A DNA stretch of 55,571 bases from a virus (Duplodnaviria; Caudoviricetes), in the IMG/VR virus record IMGVR_UViG_3300049924_000170, positions 1 through 55,571 of that record; one strand, written 5' to 3'. The notes below the pieces were generated by a model. That model searched no databases, had not been told where the DNA came from, and saw only the letters and a program-made list of their open reading frames with translations. Numbering within the stretch: position 1 is the first letter of the stretch; every line of letters begins with the position of its first letter. The position numbers were made by a program, and so were the translations under genes. Positions 18,154 to 29,213 of the stretch are shown piece by piece.

Positions 18154-20889
18154 TTATTCTCCAATATCAGTTTTACCCAATCCAGACTCCAAAGAGCTAG
18201 ATTTACTCATATCGCCAACAGCACTTTGGTTATAAGAAGTGTCAGAACCCTGCTCAGCTTCTGGAGCAAAAGTAGATTGTAAGGCTTGTATGTTTTGAGG
18301 CTGCATACTTTCATGAGCCTGCATGTCTAATAATAGGCCTAATTGCAGCTTTTGACTATATCCTAGTTTATTCTCATTTTTAGATATAAAGTTCAACGTC
18401 TCAGTCTTCATCATTTTATGCATTTCTGGGTAAATATTTTTCATGACCTCAACATGTTCTCTGCTAAGCTTTCCTTTAGCTACTTTGTCTAACATGCCTT
18501 GAGGATTAGAAATTGCATCTAAATATCTAGCCATTTTAGCAGTTTCAAAACCAGAAACTTTCACCTGTTTATTCATATCAAATATGCCAGTATTTTTGTT
18601 ATTTTTCTTACCTTTATTAGCTATAAACTGCATGATTGCCAAGTACTTTGCATCTAAAGCTGCTGCTGTATTAGGAGCATGTTCAAACATGGCAGCAGTT
18701 TGTCTGTTTGACTGTTGAAGTACCCTCTCTGGGTCCGTAATAGCTACATTTGCATTTTCAACTATATTATTGTATGCTTCTTGTTCATTTTTTGGCTTAA
18801 TTTTCTTACCGTCAGAATTTTTTACAGCCAATTGAGAGCTGGTCAAACTACGAACGATAGAAGGCTCTACAGCTTTTACCGTTTCTTTTATACCTGTACC
18901 CAATGCTTTAAGAGCTTTTACAGTTGCATTTTGCATAGTTTTAATTGAGCTATCCAAAGAACCCATAATAAGTCTTTTTTGCATAGCCTCACTTTTAAAC
19001 GCCTTCTTAGCTACTTTCATACCGATTGCAACAAAAGGGTCAACAGCGATACCAACTGCTAAGTCTGCAGTATCTACACCTATTCCAGAGCCCTTGGCAG
19101 CCTTGGCAGCCGACTTGTTTATATTAGGCTCAACTCCTTTTAAGAAACTGTAAGATTGATTCAAAGACTCTAATTCTCTAGTAGCCCCAATATCAGCCAA
19201 TCCAGCTTGCCTAACCCTTTCGTCTCTAACAACAGCTCTTGCTCTTTTTAACAGTTCATTTCTACTAAGCTCATCCTGAGTAAGAGTAGTGCCTTTTGAA
19301 ATATCTGCATATTTTATTTCAGCAGCTAATTTTTGCTCCAATTTATGAAGCTCTACCATGTTCATGGCTTTATCTGCATTCTTTTCTATGTTGGTGCCCA
19401 ATAATTCAGAAACGGCCTTTACAGCATTTCTATTTTCTTGAGAAATAAATTCTTTTTCAAGTAAAGAGTTTTCTACCGCTGTACGCATTTTCTCAACAAC
19501 AGTTATTCTACGTGGAATAGATAAATCAGTCATAGAACCAGACTCCTGTTGAGCTAATTTTTCAGATATGGCGTCATCTACTCTAGAATTAAGATTTTCA
19601 ATGGAAGCCCCAATATTTTCTTTTCTAGCCTTAAATGCAGAATTAAAATCTTCGCCGGGCTTAGCAATTCTAATAATATTTTGGGCCTCTTCCTTAGCTA
19701 ATTCAGCAGTTTTACCTGAAAATCTAGATTCAAAACCAACCATTTGCTTATCAGTTAATCCAAACATTTTAATTGCAGCTTTTTCTGGAGAAATAAAATC
19801 TTCTGAAATTTCAGAAGCTAAATTACCAGCAGAAGTCATAACAGATTTAACACTCGGAACCAAGGCTTTTCCTAGTCCAATTGCAGAGCCAAAAGTTCCT
19901 CCAATTAAAGAACCAACTCCCGCATAAGCTAACAAGTTTTCAGCATTAAAGTCGGCAGTACCAAAGGCATCTTCAGTAACAAGACGTCCAGCACCTTGCA
20001 TAGCACCTTGAACTGCAAAATTAGCAGCACTCGGAGCCATATGCTCAAGGCCACCATATAACATTTTATCCGCAATACTTTTTGCAGTTTTAGAAGCGTA
20101 TCCAGCTTTTTCTAAAGATTTAGCCATTAGGCCTACAGATTTTTCAGCCGCAACATCCGAAATAACAGTAGCTCCAGAGTTAATAGCTACAGTGGCTTCA
20201 TCAGCTAAAGAGGCAACAGTTTTAGCTTCAGCCATACTTAATTTCTCAGCAGAGCGAGCAAGTATATTTTTTGCAATGTTCTTTTCAACAGCTCTACCAG
20301 CAGCAGCGCCCACAGCTTCTGAAGCAATGATGCCTGCTCCAACTTTAGTAGCCCCTTTAGCTAGTAAAGAAGTACCTCCAGAAAATAACGCAGGAACAAC
20401 ATTTCCTACAACCTCTCCAGTTATAGACATGCCTGTATTTGCATTCTCTATACCACGAAGCTCATCTCCAGTATATTTACCAGAAGACACTAATAAAGGG
20501 TCTGTAAAACCAAAACTCAAAGCCCGAGCAGCACCTAAAGCACCCGCCTCTAAGTTCCTGCTTCCATAAGCTTTTTCGTCGTTACGTAATTGAGTCTCTT
20601 CTTTAGTTTCTAAAACGTAGTCGCCAGAGCTTAAAACGGCCTTAATGTCCTTGCCAGAAACTTGTCCGGTGGAACCATCATATTTTTTAACACTAAAAAC
20701 CTCATCAGGATTAACAGAGTATGAATCTGACAATATAGCAGTAGATAAATCAGACTCATTTTCTACAGGAATTGGAGTAGAGTCTGGAGCTTTAACTGTA
20801 TATTTGGGAGCAGCAGCTATAGCCGTTTCGTACGCAGCATTTGGCTGCAAAGCTATAGGTATTTCATTTCCATTAACATCTTTTGCCAT
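18154..20889 (-). CDS. Internal virion (ejection) protein
   Basis: 911 aa, Ala/Gly-rich amphipathic segments (GAARALSFG); downstream of nozzle as in podoviruses. Confidence 0.6.
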   Translation of the reverse strand: MAKDVNGNEIPIALQPNAAYETAIAAAPKYTVKAPDSTPIPVENESDLSTAILSDSYSVNPDEVFSVKKYDGSTGQVSGKDIKAVLSSGDYVLETKEETQLRNDEKAYGSRNLEAGALGAARALSFGFTDPLLVSSGKYTGDELRGIENANTGMSITGEVVGNVVPALFSGGTSLLAKGATKVGAGIIASEAVGAAAGRAVEKNIAKNILARSAEKLSMAEAKTVASLADEATVAINSGATVISDVAAEKSVGLMAKSLEKAGYASKTAKSIADKMLYGGLEHMAPSAANFAVQGAMQGAGRLVTEDAFGTADFNAENLLAYAGVGSLIGGTFGSAIGLGKALVPSVKSVMTSAGNLASEISEDFISPEKAAIKMFGLTDKQMVGFESRFSGKTAELAKEEAQNIIRIAKPGEDFNSAFKARKENIGASIENLNSRVDDAISEKLAQQESGSMTDLSIPRRITVVEKMRTAVENSLLEKEFISQENRNAVKAVSELLGTNIEKNADKAMNMVELHKLEQKLAAEIKYADISKGTTLTQDELSRNELLKRARAVVRDERVRQAGLADIGATRELESLNQSYSFLKGVEPNINKSAAKAAKGSGIGVDTADLAVGIAVDPFVAIGMKVAKKAFKSEAMQKRLIMGSLDSSIKTMQNATVKALKALGTGIKETVKAVEPSIVRSLTSSQLAVKNSDGKKIKPKNEQEAYNNIVENANVAITDPERVLQQSNRQTAAMFEHAPNTAAALDAKYLAIMQFIANKGKKNNKNTGIFDMNKQVKVSGFETAKMARYLDAISNPQGMLDKVAKGKLSREHVEVMKNIYPEMHKMMKTETLNFISKNENKLGYSQKLQLGLLLDMQAHESMQPQNIQALQSTFAPEAEQGSDTSYNQSAVGDMSKSSSLESGLGKTDIGE

Positions 20890-20910
20890 TTTAAATCCTT
20901 TTATTACAGT

Positions 20911-22563
20911 TTAATCTTTTTTTACTAGAGAGTCAACGTTACCTTTTCTTTTCTTAGGGTCAAATCCGTAATTTTCAATCTTATTGTTCATTTTTTCTTC
21001 AACATTCTTTAGAGTTTCTTTTAGTTTAGCTTTTGTTGAAAAATTTACAAAAGGGTTTAGAGAAGTAGGGTCTCCGGTAACTTCTTTTAAGATATTTAAG
21101 TCTAACCCTGCAAGAACTCCAAGCTTATAGTTTTCTTCATCTTTTAATGTTAATTGCAAATCAGCCATTATGGCCTTTAAGGCAGCATGGTCTTTTGGGA
21201 AAAGAGGGTTTAGATTATCAATATTAGCCATACTAGACTTTAACTTCCTAATAGTGTCGCCCATTGGCTTAACTTTTTGTATAAAGTCTTTAGCAAGCTG
21301 TGGGTCTGTAGCTAGTCCATACCCTCTTACGTACTTATCAGCATCCTTTTGGTATATAGCGAGAGCTTGTTCATTTGTTAGATTGTCTAAATCTAGACCC
21401 TTAAGCATCTGCTGCTTTTCAAACTGTTGAGCCATAGACGCCTTTAATTGAGCCTCATACTGTTCCCTACGTTGTTGAAGAGCAGCCAAAGCAGTTGTGG
21501 CCTGAGCTTTGTTAGCCAAACTAAGAGAACCTCCGTCAGAAGTAAGCTTAGCATTCATTTTATCATGAACCATGGTTATCATGGCATTTTTAGTAGCAAT
21601 AATAGCAGCCTTATCATCTCCAAATTTTTCACGCATTTTATTTAATAAGCTGGACTGGTCATCTACATTAGCTTTTCCAATTTTATATTTGTAATCTAAG
21701 TTGTACTGTTGAGCGGCTACATCTTTATCAATAGCTTTTTCAATCATTTCTAAACCAATGTTTTTATTAGTACCTTGTAAAGCACCGCCTATGCCACCTA
21801 AAGCAACAGCTAACCCAGTCATCAATGAACCTTGAGTATCTTGACGAGCTAAGAAAGCGCCGGGAACTATTTTCTCTCCAGCCAAAGCTCTAAAGTCTTT
21901 GATAGATTGATTGTAGTCATCCATTTTATTTTGGTAGTTAAAATCAAAAGTTTCTTGTAATTTTTGCTGCTCGTCTGCCTTTTCCTGCTCATACTTTGCT
22001 TTTTGCTCAAAATACGCAGATTCAGCGGCCAACTTAGCAACTCCAGCAGCCTCTGCTTGTTGAATACCTATTCTAAAAGTAGCATCGGACCCAGCATATG
22101 GATTTACAATACCACTAACAGCTGCTTGAGTTATTGGAGGCTGTTCTACAGGTTGAACGGGCTGTTGCATGGTGGCAGGAACTTGTTGTCCCATAGCCAC
22201 ATGCTCTTCTGCAGGAGTTAAAGGAGCCTTTTTTTCAATAGTAGCAGCGTCTAATACTGGCTGCATAACATTTCCAACCGGGTTATTTACAGTAGAAATA
22301 AATGACGCCAAAGGAGATTCGCTAATAGGAGTAGTACCGTCAACAGCTGAATATAACAACGGAGAAGGATTGTTAATATCATTTGCTGCATTTTTCAACA
22401 ATTCTGAACTTTGAAAATTATCAGACAATCTTTGTTGCTCAGTTATTTGCGGAGCATAAATGCCTGTAGGAATAGTTTCAGGTAAGTTTTTAGAGCTGTA
22501 TACGCCCATAGCTTTGTCTTCTGGACTTACATACGCATTACCAGTTTTAAAATCTTCAGCCAT
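20911..22563 (-). CDS. Internal virion (ejection) protein
   Basis: Coiled coil with GLAVALGGIGGAL segment; synteny. Confidence 0.55.
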   Translation of the reverse strand: MAEDFKTGNAYVSPEDKAMGVYSSKNLPETIPTGIYAPQITEQQRLSDNFQSSELLKNAANDINNPSPLLYSAVDGTTPISESPLASFISTVNNPVGNVMQPVLDAATIEKKAPLTPAEEHVAMGQQVPATMQQPVQPVEQPPITQAAVSGIVNPYAGSDATFRIGIQQAEAAGVAKLAAESAYFEQKAKYEQEKADEQQKLQETFDFNYQNKMDDYNQSIKDFRALAGEKIVPGAFLARQDTQGSLMTGLAVALGGIGGALQGTNKNIGLEMIEKAIDKDVAAQQYNLDYKYKIGKANVDDQSSLLNKMREKFGDDKAAIIATKNAMITMVHDKMNAKLTSDGGSLSLANKAQATTALAALQQRREQYEAQLKASMAQQFEKQQMLKGLDLDNLTNEQALAIYQKDADKYVRGYGLATDPQLAKDFIQKVKPMGDTIRKLKSSMANIDNLNPLFPKDHAALKAIMADLQLTLKDEENYKLGVLAGLDLNILKEVTGDPTSLNPFVNFSTKAKLKETLKNVEEKMNNKIENYGFDPKKRKGNVDSLVKKD

Positions 22564-24357
22564 TTACGACTCCTTTTTTTTCTTAGAGTACATTTTTTCA
22601 ATACTAGATAACCGTTCATTTAACTGAGCTTGAGATGCCAATATGGCGCCAAATCCTTTTGCATAGTCAACAACTTTATTACCCTGTTGGTCTTGTTCCA
22701 CCATAGACTTTCCTACTGGTCCAGCTTTTTCCAAATCTTGAGCCATGACGCTTAAATGTCTACCTTCTCCAGCTTTTGGATTAGATTTAGCACCTTCTTT
22801 ATATTCATAACTATAGGCTTGCAACTTATCTAAAAATGATTTCGGATTAAAATCTTTGCTGTCAGCTTTTACATCAGTTTTTTTATTTTCATCTGACATA
22901 CGGTACATAGAAGACTGTCCAGTAGCTAACATAACAGGAGCCGAATTTTGCTTAACAGTATCTTTAACAAAATCCATTGTGCCACGCGATTGGTCCCCAA
23001 TACCTAGCGACCGTTGATAAGCTTGAGCAGCGCCCCAACCACTATCAGCCAACTGTTGTTTAGGAACAAATTGACTCGCCACCGCATTAGTAGCACCAGT
23101 ATCAATTCCTGTATAAAATCTGTTTAACCTAGCAGTACGTTGCGCATCTTTTGCCAGATTCTCTTCGTTAACAGTTCCTTGCTGCTTATCATATGCGGCG
23201 TTTAAAGCATCTTGCTGAGCTTGCCATTCTCCCATATATTGAGCATAATTTTCTCTATCAGACCGAACCACATTTCCAAAAATATCTCGGGTTTGACCAC
23301 GCTGAGCTTGCATACTCATGTCTAAAATTTCTTCTTGAGAAGGACCTGTCCGACCTCTTTGTAAAGTGTTTACGGAATTTTGTATGTTAGATACATTACC
23401 ACCGCCTTTAGAAGACTTTTGGGCTTTTTGTAACATATCAGCAGTTATGCCAGGAGCAGGTTGCTGCTGTGGCACTGGAGTAGCCGCTTGTGGAGCAGAA
23501 GCTTGAGGAGTAGCTTGTGCTGGCTGAGCCACTTGAGGGCCGCCTTCAACGGCTTGAGGCTGAATTGCATTTTGATTTTGCATCTGCATGTTATTATTAG
23601 GAGGTAAGTTTTCATTTTTAACTAAATCTTTTTGTCTTTCATCAGACATCATTTTCATGCCTGACAAATCAGTATTAGCGCCTAACGAGTATGCGTTATT
23701 TAGCTGTTGAGCATTTTCAACTGAACCTAGCTTTAACGGCTCTTGAACGGTATTTGAATCCGTTGCAATTTTTTGCTGTTGAGCGTCCATCTGTTTTTGA
23801 GCGTCTTGCTTCTGCGCTTGTAAAGCAAAACTAGAACCTAAACTGTTTAATCCTGCTCCTAACATGTTGTTAGCCTGTTGGTCAGCAGCTCTTTCAAATC
23901 CCATGTTTTGAGCAGTAATATTAGCGTTCATTTGCTGAGCTTGTAAATACTTAGCCATAGCCTGATTACGCTCTTCCGCCGCTAATATAGCAGCATTTTG
24001 AGCATTAGCTTGAGATTGTTCAGCAGCAATACGATTAACATTTCTACTGAGCAGACCAGGATTAACTCCTCTTTGAGCTTTAGCAGCAGCTATTTGAGCA
24101 GCTAAATTCTTATCATACATTTGTGCGCCTTTTAGTTCGCCAATTGTAGGTTGATTTCCTATAGATTGTTGGTACAGTTTATTAACAACATCTTGTGGAA
24201 CTGCTGGAGGTAATTGAGAAACTGAATCGTCGCCCATAGAACCTAACAAACCGCCGGCAGCAGCTCCAATAGCTGTTCCCCACCCTGGCATGACTGAGGT
24301 CCCAGCTGCAGCACCAGAAGCCGCCCCACCTAAAACATTTTTATTTTTACGACCCAT
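22564..24357 (-). CDS. Pilot/ejection protein with C-terminal peptidase S74 (intramolecular chaperone) domain
   Basis: N-terminal GAASGAAAG..PGWGTAIGAAAGGLLG glycine zipper; SDENKK...YSYEYK...MAQDLE...VDY. Confidence 0.7.
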   Translation of the reverse strand: MGRKNKNVLGGAASGAAAGTSVMPGWGTAIGAAAGGLLGSMGDDSVSQLPPAVPQDVVNKLYQQSIGNQPTIGELKGAQMYDKNLAAQIAAAKAQRGVNPGLLSRNVNRIAAEQSQANAQNAAILAAEERNQAMAKYLQAQQMNANITAQNMGFERAADQQANNMLGAGLNSLGSSFALQAQKQDAQKQMDAQQQKIATDSNTVQEPLKLGSVENAQQLNNAYSLGANTDLSGMKMMSDERQKDLVKNENLPPNNNMQMQNQNAIQPQAVEGGPQVAQPAQATPQASAPQAATPVPQQQPAPGITADMLQKAQKSSKGGGNVSNIQNSVNTLQRGRTGPSQEEILDMSMQAQRGQTRDIFGNVVRSDRENYAQYMGEWQAQQDALNAAYDKQQGTVNEENLAKDAQRTARLNRFYTGIDTGATNAVASQFVPKQQLADSGWGAAQAYQRSLGIGDQSRGTMDFVKDTVKQNSAPVMLATGQSSMYRMSDENKKTDVKADSKDFNPKSFLDKLQAYSYEYKEGAKSNPKAGEGRHLSVMAQDLEKAGPVGKSMVEQDQQGNKVVDYAKGFGAILASQAQLNERLSSIEKMYSKKKKES

Positions 24358-24387
24358 GCAAACACCTCATTTATGTGTATATGTTTT

Positions 24388-24720
24388 TTAAATTTGTCCA
24401 ATATAATAAGTAAGATGGCCCACTTGTTTATAAAACTGCCAACCTAATTTTTTCATCATTTTTTCGCTATATTCATGTCCAACAGTTGTACTGTCTACTG
24501 AACCAATCATTTTTTGGTATCCTTCAGCTTTAGCTACGTTACACAACCGTTTATATAAGTTAAATGCAGCCGTAGTTCCTCTATATTCAGGCATTATGTA
24601 TATTTCAGCTAAGTAACACGCCTGTAATTCTGGATAGAAACAGTAAGTTACAAAGCCTTTTTCATTTTCATACATTTCCATGTCTTCTCGTTCCTTTAAG
24701 TAAGCAGCGTATTTATTCAT
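24388..24720 (-). CDS. GNAT-family acetyltransferase
   Basis: YLAEIYIMPEYRG...KKLGW; likely leaderless start MNKYAAY. Confidence 0.7.
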   Translation of the reverse strand: MNKYAAYLKEREDMEMYENEKGFVTYCFYPELQACYLAEIYIMPEYRGTTAAFNLYKRLCNVAKAEGYQKMIGSVDSTTVGHEYSEKMMKKLGWQFYKQVGHLTYYIGQI

Positions 24721-24726
24721 ACCTAC

Positions 24727-24755
24727 AGTGTATAACAAGTAGGCAACTTTGTAAA
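24727..24755 (-). promoter_or_regulatory. Sigma70-type promoter, leaderless GNAT transcript
   Basis: TTTACA-N17-TACACT, 6 nt before ATG 24720. Confidence 0.55.
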
Positions 24756-24756
24756 C

Positions 24757-27700
24757 TTATTTAGTACCATAAGTTTTACCGGCTCCAAATTTATTAGGTC
24801 CACGTTTTAAACCAACTTCTGCCATAATATGAGAAAGGCTAAAAGATTCTCCATCTGTAACAGTTTTAAAGTCTTGTAGTTCAAATTGAAAACTTTCACA
24901 CTTTTGTAACTTAGGATAAATCTGCCATTGATATAACGGGAACTCTCCGCCGTAAACGTCAGTACCATATACATCAGTTCCATAAGTTGTTGGTACTAAC
25001 ACATTGTCCACATCTATAATAGTTTCTTGCTGATAATAAGGGTTGAAGTCGTAAGCCATTTTTACAACTAACTTATGAGCTGACTTGTAATTTCCCAATA
25101 ATAACAGTTGATATAACCGTTGAAAGCCTTGAACACCGGCAATTTGTATCCATGCAGATTTTATACGCATTTTGATAAATTGACCATTGTCTTGATACTT
25201 ACCTTTAGTTTCCTTGTATACAAGGCCGTCAGCTCTAACATAGTAGTAATTACCTTTAAATTCTATAGAATCTAAACCTCTAATATTTGAAAATGTAGAC
25301 CATCGGTTTGAATAGTAGTCATATACTAAAGCTCTACCAGCATCGGTAATCATGCGTATTTGGTTAGCAGTTGATAATAAAGTAGCACTGGTAATTTTTT
25401 CACCATTATACTTTTCAACGCTATCTCCAATATATTGAAGTCCAAAATTACGTTTCAACATGTATATACCTTTAGCAGATTTAAACATGATACCTTCTGG
25501 ATTTTCAACTAAACTGTTTGCATCAATGCAGCCTGCATCAGAAGTTACACTGTAGGGAGTACGGTAATCATCTTGCTGACCAAGTTCATTTGGACCTTCT
25601 CCAGTTAAGGCAAAGATGGCGCGCTCTTTAAATATAATTAAATGGTCATCTATAACCGCTAATGCAACAGCTTTTCCACCTTTATCATCTAAAGGGATTT
25701 TAAACGCCGCATTAAATCTAACAGGTTCTCCAATACCAGTTACTTTACTATATTGTAGCGTATAGCCATCAGATAATAGTAGAAATACTCTAGCTTTATA
25801 AGAAGCAATATAAGAACTAGATAAGGCAGAGTCATTTTCTAACACGCCACCAGTTGTATATAGCGGCTCAGCGTATGCTAATTCCTGGTCTGTAACATAA
25901 TCAGTAATGCTTATAAATTTTCTATCCTTTACATTCTGATATGAACCAGTAATAAAATCATCAGTTCCAGGGGTATTAACAGTATCTACAACTCTACTTA
26001 TTTTGTAAAAAATTGTACCATTTCCTTGAGTACGATAAACTTCTATTTCAACATCATTTTTACTAGTTAAATAACAAGGAATAAAGGTAAGATTAACGTC
26101 AAATTTAGTACCTGCAGGCGTTGTTAAGCTGACGGGTAAAGCCGGTGCCGACCTATGTATTTTACCAGTTCTATCTGTCCATTTATAAACAATTGTATAT
26201 AGGTAACGTTTAGCCGCATCTACTCCAGTACTAGTACTAGCAATTAAATCTGTAACAGGGTCTATATCTTTTATAGCTTCTGGCACATCTAAAAATCCAT
26301 GCTCGACCACTTTATAACCATCGTACATTTTAAGTAGACCGCCACTTATATGTAGGGCTTCTCCTTGAGAAACGTCAAAATAGTTTGATGATTGACTGAA
26401 GTCTGCAATTTGCTTTTTAATAACGGTTGCTGCCAACACTTTTGAAGCGCCTGCAGGCTGCAGAGAAGTTATAACGGCACTAGGCTTTGTCACAACTGTT
26501 CCATCAATTGAAACGTTTGTTAAGCCGTTAACGTATGAACTGTCAATAAAACAATTTTCGTCAATATCATATTGGCCAACTAATTCAGTTTTAAACTGCA
26601 AATCAGTTTCTAATAAATTTTTAACTAGGTATAAAGTACGAACTGGCTTATTAACTTCATAAGCAGGGTCAATATCTCCCCCAGACAGTATTCCTGAAGC
26701 AGTGTAGCGTGGGTCAATATTCTTAGAAGCAAAAAAGTATACATAATCATCTAAAACAACAGGCTTTGACTGTAGTTCTAAACCTACATGAGCTACAGTA
26801 GGACTAAATGCCGTTTGCACTCCTGAAGATGTGATTAACACTGTACTAATTGCCCCTAATCGCGTCTTCCACGCTTTAACTTGTATAAAAATTATAGAAG
26901 AGTTTGAGTCAGCTGGATTTTGAACAGCGGCAATACTGTAATGTCCGTCGTTAGGGTCATCAAAAGTTCCAGAAACTGGTAAAGGTGTAACAGTTAAAGT
27001 TACAGGCGCGTGTACAGGGGCAGTTAAGGCGTAATTAACTAAATAGGCTCGGCCAGTGCCGCCAGATTGAGAAGAAAGAACTATACGAATATTAGCTGCT
27101 TCTGCTGACACCGACACATTATTTAATGGAAAGTTTGTACCTAAACTGAAAGCAGGGCTAACAGTTTGATTTTCATCAATAGACTTTAAAACTGTATCTA
27201 GAACAGTAGTTGTGTATGCAATGAAAACTCTATTTGAGATAGTTTGTAGGTCATATTTAAAGTTCGAAGGGCTTCCGTCAGGATAAATTTCTATACCTGG
27301 AGAGGCAGCTAGTTTTATAGCACTATGAGTTATTACTTTAGGATTTAAGTAGTCTATAGAAGAAAATCTAAAGCCTCCGTTAGCAGTTAAATCATTAGCC
27401 AAGTAAGCAACTATAAATTTTGAGCCAGCAAAGCCTACTTTTGGGGCTAATATAGAACCATTATCTAAATTAAAATCTATAATATGTTTAGCTAATATAG
27501 TGTTTGTAAGATTATCAACTACAACTATTTGAATTTTTTTATACTCAGAATACAAAGTAGGAGAAGTAAATATTCCTGGTTGAATATCTAAATATTTTTT
27601 CTCATAAGCATAGCAGGTAACATTTTCATATGTATATGAGTTAGGATTCTCTAATATACTATTGTCAGCAGAAACTTGCAAAGAAGATGAAGAGCAAAAT

Positions 27701-28002
27701 TTAATTTCCCCTTTTCCTTCCCATTTTTGTTCGGCGTCTGAAAAGCTGTACAAGTTAGAATTTGAATATAATAACAGTTCATCTCTAAATCCAGAAATTG
27801 CAGACCCCGTTTCGATTTTATTTAGGTCTAAATCTTCATTATTTAAAGCTTCGTATCCATATCGTTTACGTAAGGAGCCGGGAGTAGTAAAAACCACATT
27901 TTCTAACTCTAAAAATCGAGTTGGCAATACTGTTTTTTCATCGCCCTTAGTATCTATACCGTCTGTAATTGGCATAGCTATTTTTTGTTTATCTAAAGCC
28001 AT
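24757..28002 (-). CDS. Tail nozzle (tubular protein B / P22 gp10-like)
   Basis: 1081 aa beta-rich; ENVVF..GSLRKRYG N-terminus, IIFKE and GCI motifs; follows adaptor. Confidence 0.75.
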   Translation of the reverse strand: MALDKQKIAMPITDGIDTKGDEKTVLPTRFLELENVVFTTPGSLRKRYGYEALNNEDLDLNKIETGSAISGFRDELLLYSNSNLYSFSDAEQKWEGKGEIKFCSSSSLQVSADNSILENPNSYTYENVTCYAYEKKYLDIQPGIFTSPTLYSEYKKIQIVVVDNLTNTILAKHIIDFNLDNGSILAPKVGFAGSKFIVAYLANDLTANGGFRFSSIDYLNPKVITHSAIKLAASPGIEIYPDGSPSNFKYDLQTISNRVFIAYTTTVLDTVLKSIDENQTVSPAFSLGTNFPLNNVSVSAEAANIRIVLSSQSGGTGRAYLVNYALTAPVHAPVTLTVTPLPVSGTFDDPNDGHYSIAAVQNPADSNSSIIFIQVKAWKTRLGAISTVLITSSGVQTAFSPTVAHVGLELQSKPVVLDDYVYFFASKNIDPRYTASGILSGGDIDPAYEVNKPVRTLYLVKNLLETDLQFKTELVGQYDIDENCFIDSSYVNGLTNVSIDGTVVTKPSAVITSLQPAGASKVLAATVIKKQIADFSQSSNYFDVSQGEALHISGGLLKMYDGYKVVEHGFLDVPEAIKDIDPVTDLIASTSTGVDAAKRYLYTIVYKWTDRTGKIHRSAPALPVSLTTPAGTKFDVNLTFIPCYLTSKNDVEIEVYRTQGNGTIFYKISRVVDTVNTPGTDDFITGSYQNVKDRKFISITDYVTDQELAYAEPLYTTGGVLENDSALSSSYIASYKARVFLLLSDGYTLQYSKVTGIGEPVRFNAAFKIPLDDKGGKAVALAVIDDHLIIFKERAIFALTGEGPNELGQQDDYRTPYSVTSDAGCIDANSLVENPEGIMFKSAKGIYMLKRNFGLQYIGDSVEKYNGEKITSATLLSTANQIRMITDAGRALVYDYYSNRWSTFSNIRGLDSIEFKGNYYYVRADGLVYKETKGKYQDNGQFIKMRIKSAWIQIAGVQGFQRLYQLLLLGNYKSAHKLVVKMAYDFNPYYQQETIIDVDNVLVPTTYGTDVYGTDVYGGEFPLYQWQIYPKLQKCESFQFELQDFKTVTDGESFSLSHIMAEVGLKRGPNKFGAGKTYGTK

Positions 28003-28014
28003 GTAGACTCCTAA

Positions 28015-28887
28015 TTAAGTTTTAATCATTTTAAGAACGACAGCTGAAGGTTGCATATTGTTATGAGACAATCCGCCACCTTCGGTATTTATAATAGTAC
28101 CAGAAGCCTCTGTATTTCGTAAAAAAGTATTGCCTTGTTGTAAATCGTCCGCATTTCCAGGATTAATACCCTGGTCAGGTAGTCCATTAATAGCATGAGT
28201 ATGATTACCGCCACCATGATTATGACTAGGAATTTGAGGTAAGGTTAACACATGAGAAGCTGTACCAACAGTTTGAGCAATTGAGCGAGTGACCGAACCG
28301 TCTACAGCGTCTGTATAAGTTCCAGAACCAATAGTCGTACGACCATTAAAATTTGGTAAGTTAAAAGTAGTAGAGCCATCTCCAACTCCCCATATGGTGC
28401 CAACAGCAGAAAATAAATCAGAGTAAGTACTTCTAGAGACTGCTGAACCATCACATAATAAAAAGCCTACTGGAGCTACAGAACCTGCAAAGTCTAAAAC
28501 TGTTCCTGAAGGCATAAGAGGAGAAGAGGGTACAACTATGTTAGAAACTATAGAATTGCCAGAAGTAATTTGAACTGGAACGCCTCCAGCATTAGTAAAC
28601 CAAATGTCACCATTAATTACTTGTATTTTGTTAGCATTTAAAGCGCCAGATAAAGCAGCTGATAAATTTTGAAATTTTGTAGCTTTTGCATTTAATACTG
28701 TTTGATTTCCCATGTCTAAGTCTTGATTAATATCAACAGCACTAATAGGCACATTCTTACCTTTGTCAGCTGTATGGTCATGGTCGTCAATAGTCTGTAA
28801 TACTAAATTAATTAAGTAAGCCCATTCTGGACCTGGCGTCACAGTAGGGTCTGGTAGATTGAGTAACATGTTCGGGGTAACTGCCAT
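28015..28887 (-). CDS. Tail collar domain protein
   Basis: PSGTVLDFAG...GFLLCDGSAVSRSTYSDLF..G..WG.GDGSTTFNLP; HNNMQP. Confidence 0.85.
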   Translation of the reverse strand: MAVTPNMLLNLPDPTVTPGPEWAYLINLVLQTIDDHDHTADKGKNVPISAVDINQDLDMGNQTVLNAKATKFQNLSAALSGALNANKIQVINGDIWFTNAGGVPVQITSGNSIVSNIVVPSSPLMPSGTVLDFAGSVAPVGFLLCDGSAVSRSTYSDLFSAVGTIWGVGDGSTTFNLPNFNGRTTIGSGTYTDAVDGSVTRSIAQTVGTASHVLTLPQIPSHNHGGGNHTHAINGLPDQGINPGNADDLQQGNTFLRNTEASGTIINTEGGGLSHNNMQPSAVVLKMIKT

Positions 28888-28896
28888 AAAAACTCC

Positions 28897-29211
28897 TTAA
28901 AATATCCAAAGTGAGACTGTACAAGAAGCTACAGCCTGTAATGTTAAAAATAATGTGACGTCATTTCCAGATACAAATTTCACATCAGTAAAAGTATCTT
29001 GCTTACAAATAATATAGCCTCTGAAAGCTCTGTTTAACTTATGTTGTACTAAAGTAGGAGTAGTTCCAACAGTTATATTTTCTATATACACGCCGTCAAG
29101 TATTATGGACCGGCCTAAGTTTCCAAATGCTGCCTCTACATTAGACTGAGCAGTAAAACTTTCTTGAGTACCACCAGCTTGTTTACGAAAAGGCTGAGCA
29201 CGTCCTGCCAT
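28897..29211 (-). CDS. Hypothetical virion protein
   Basis: VQHKLNR motif; probable start MAGRAQ at 29211. Confidence 0.55.
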   Translation of the reverse strand: MAGRAQPFRKQAGGTQESFTAQSNVEAAFGNLGRSIILDGVYIENITVGTTPTLVQHKLNRAFRGYIICKQDTFTDVKFVSGNDVTLFLTLQAVASCTVSLWIF

Positions 29212-29213
29212 GG

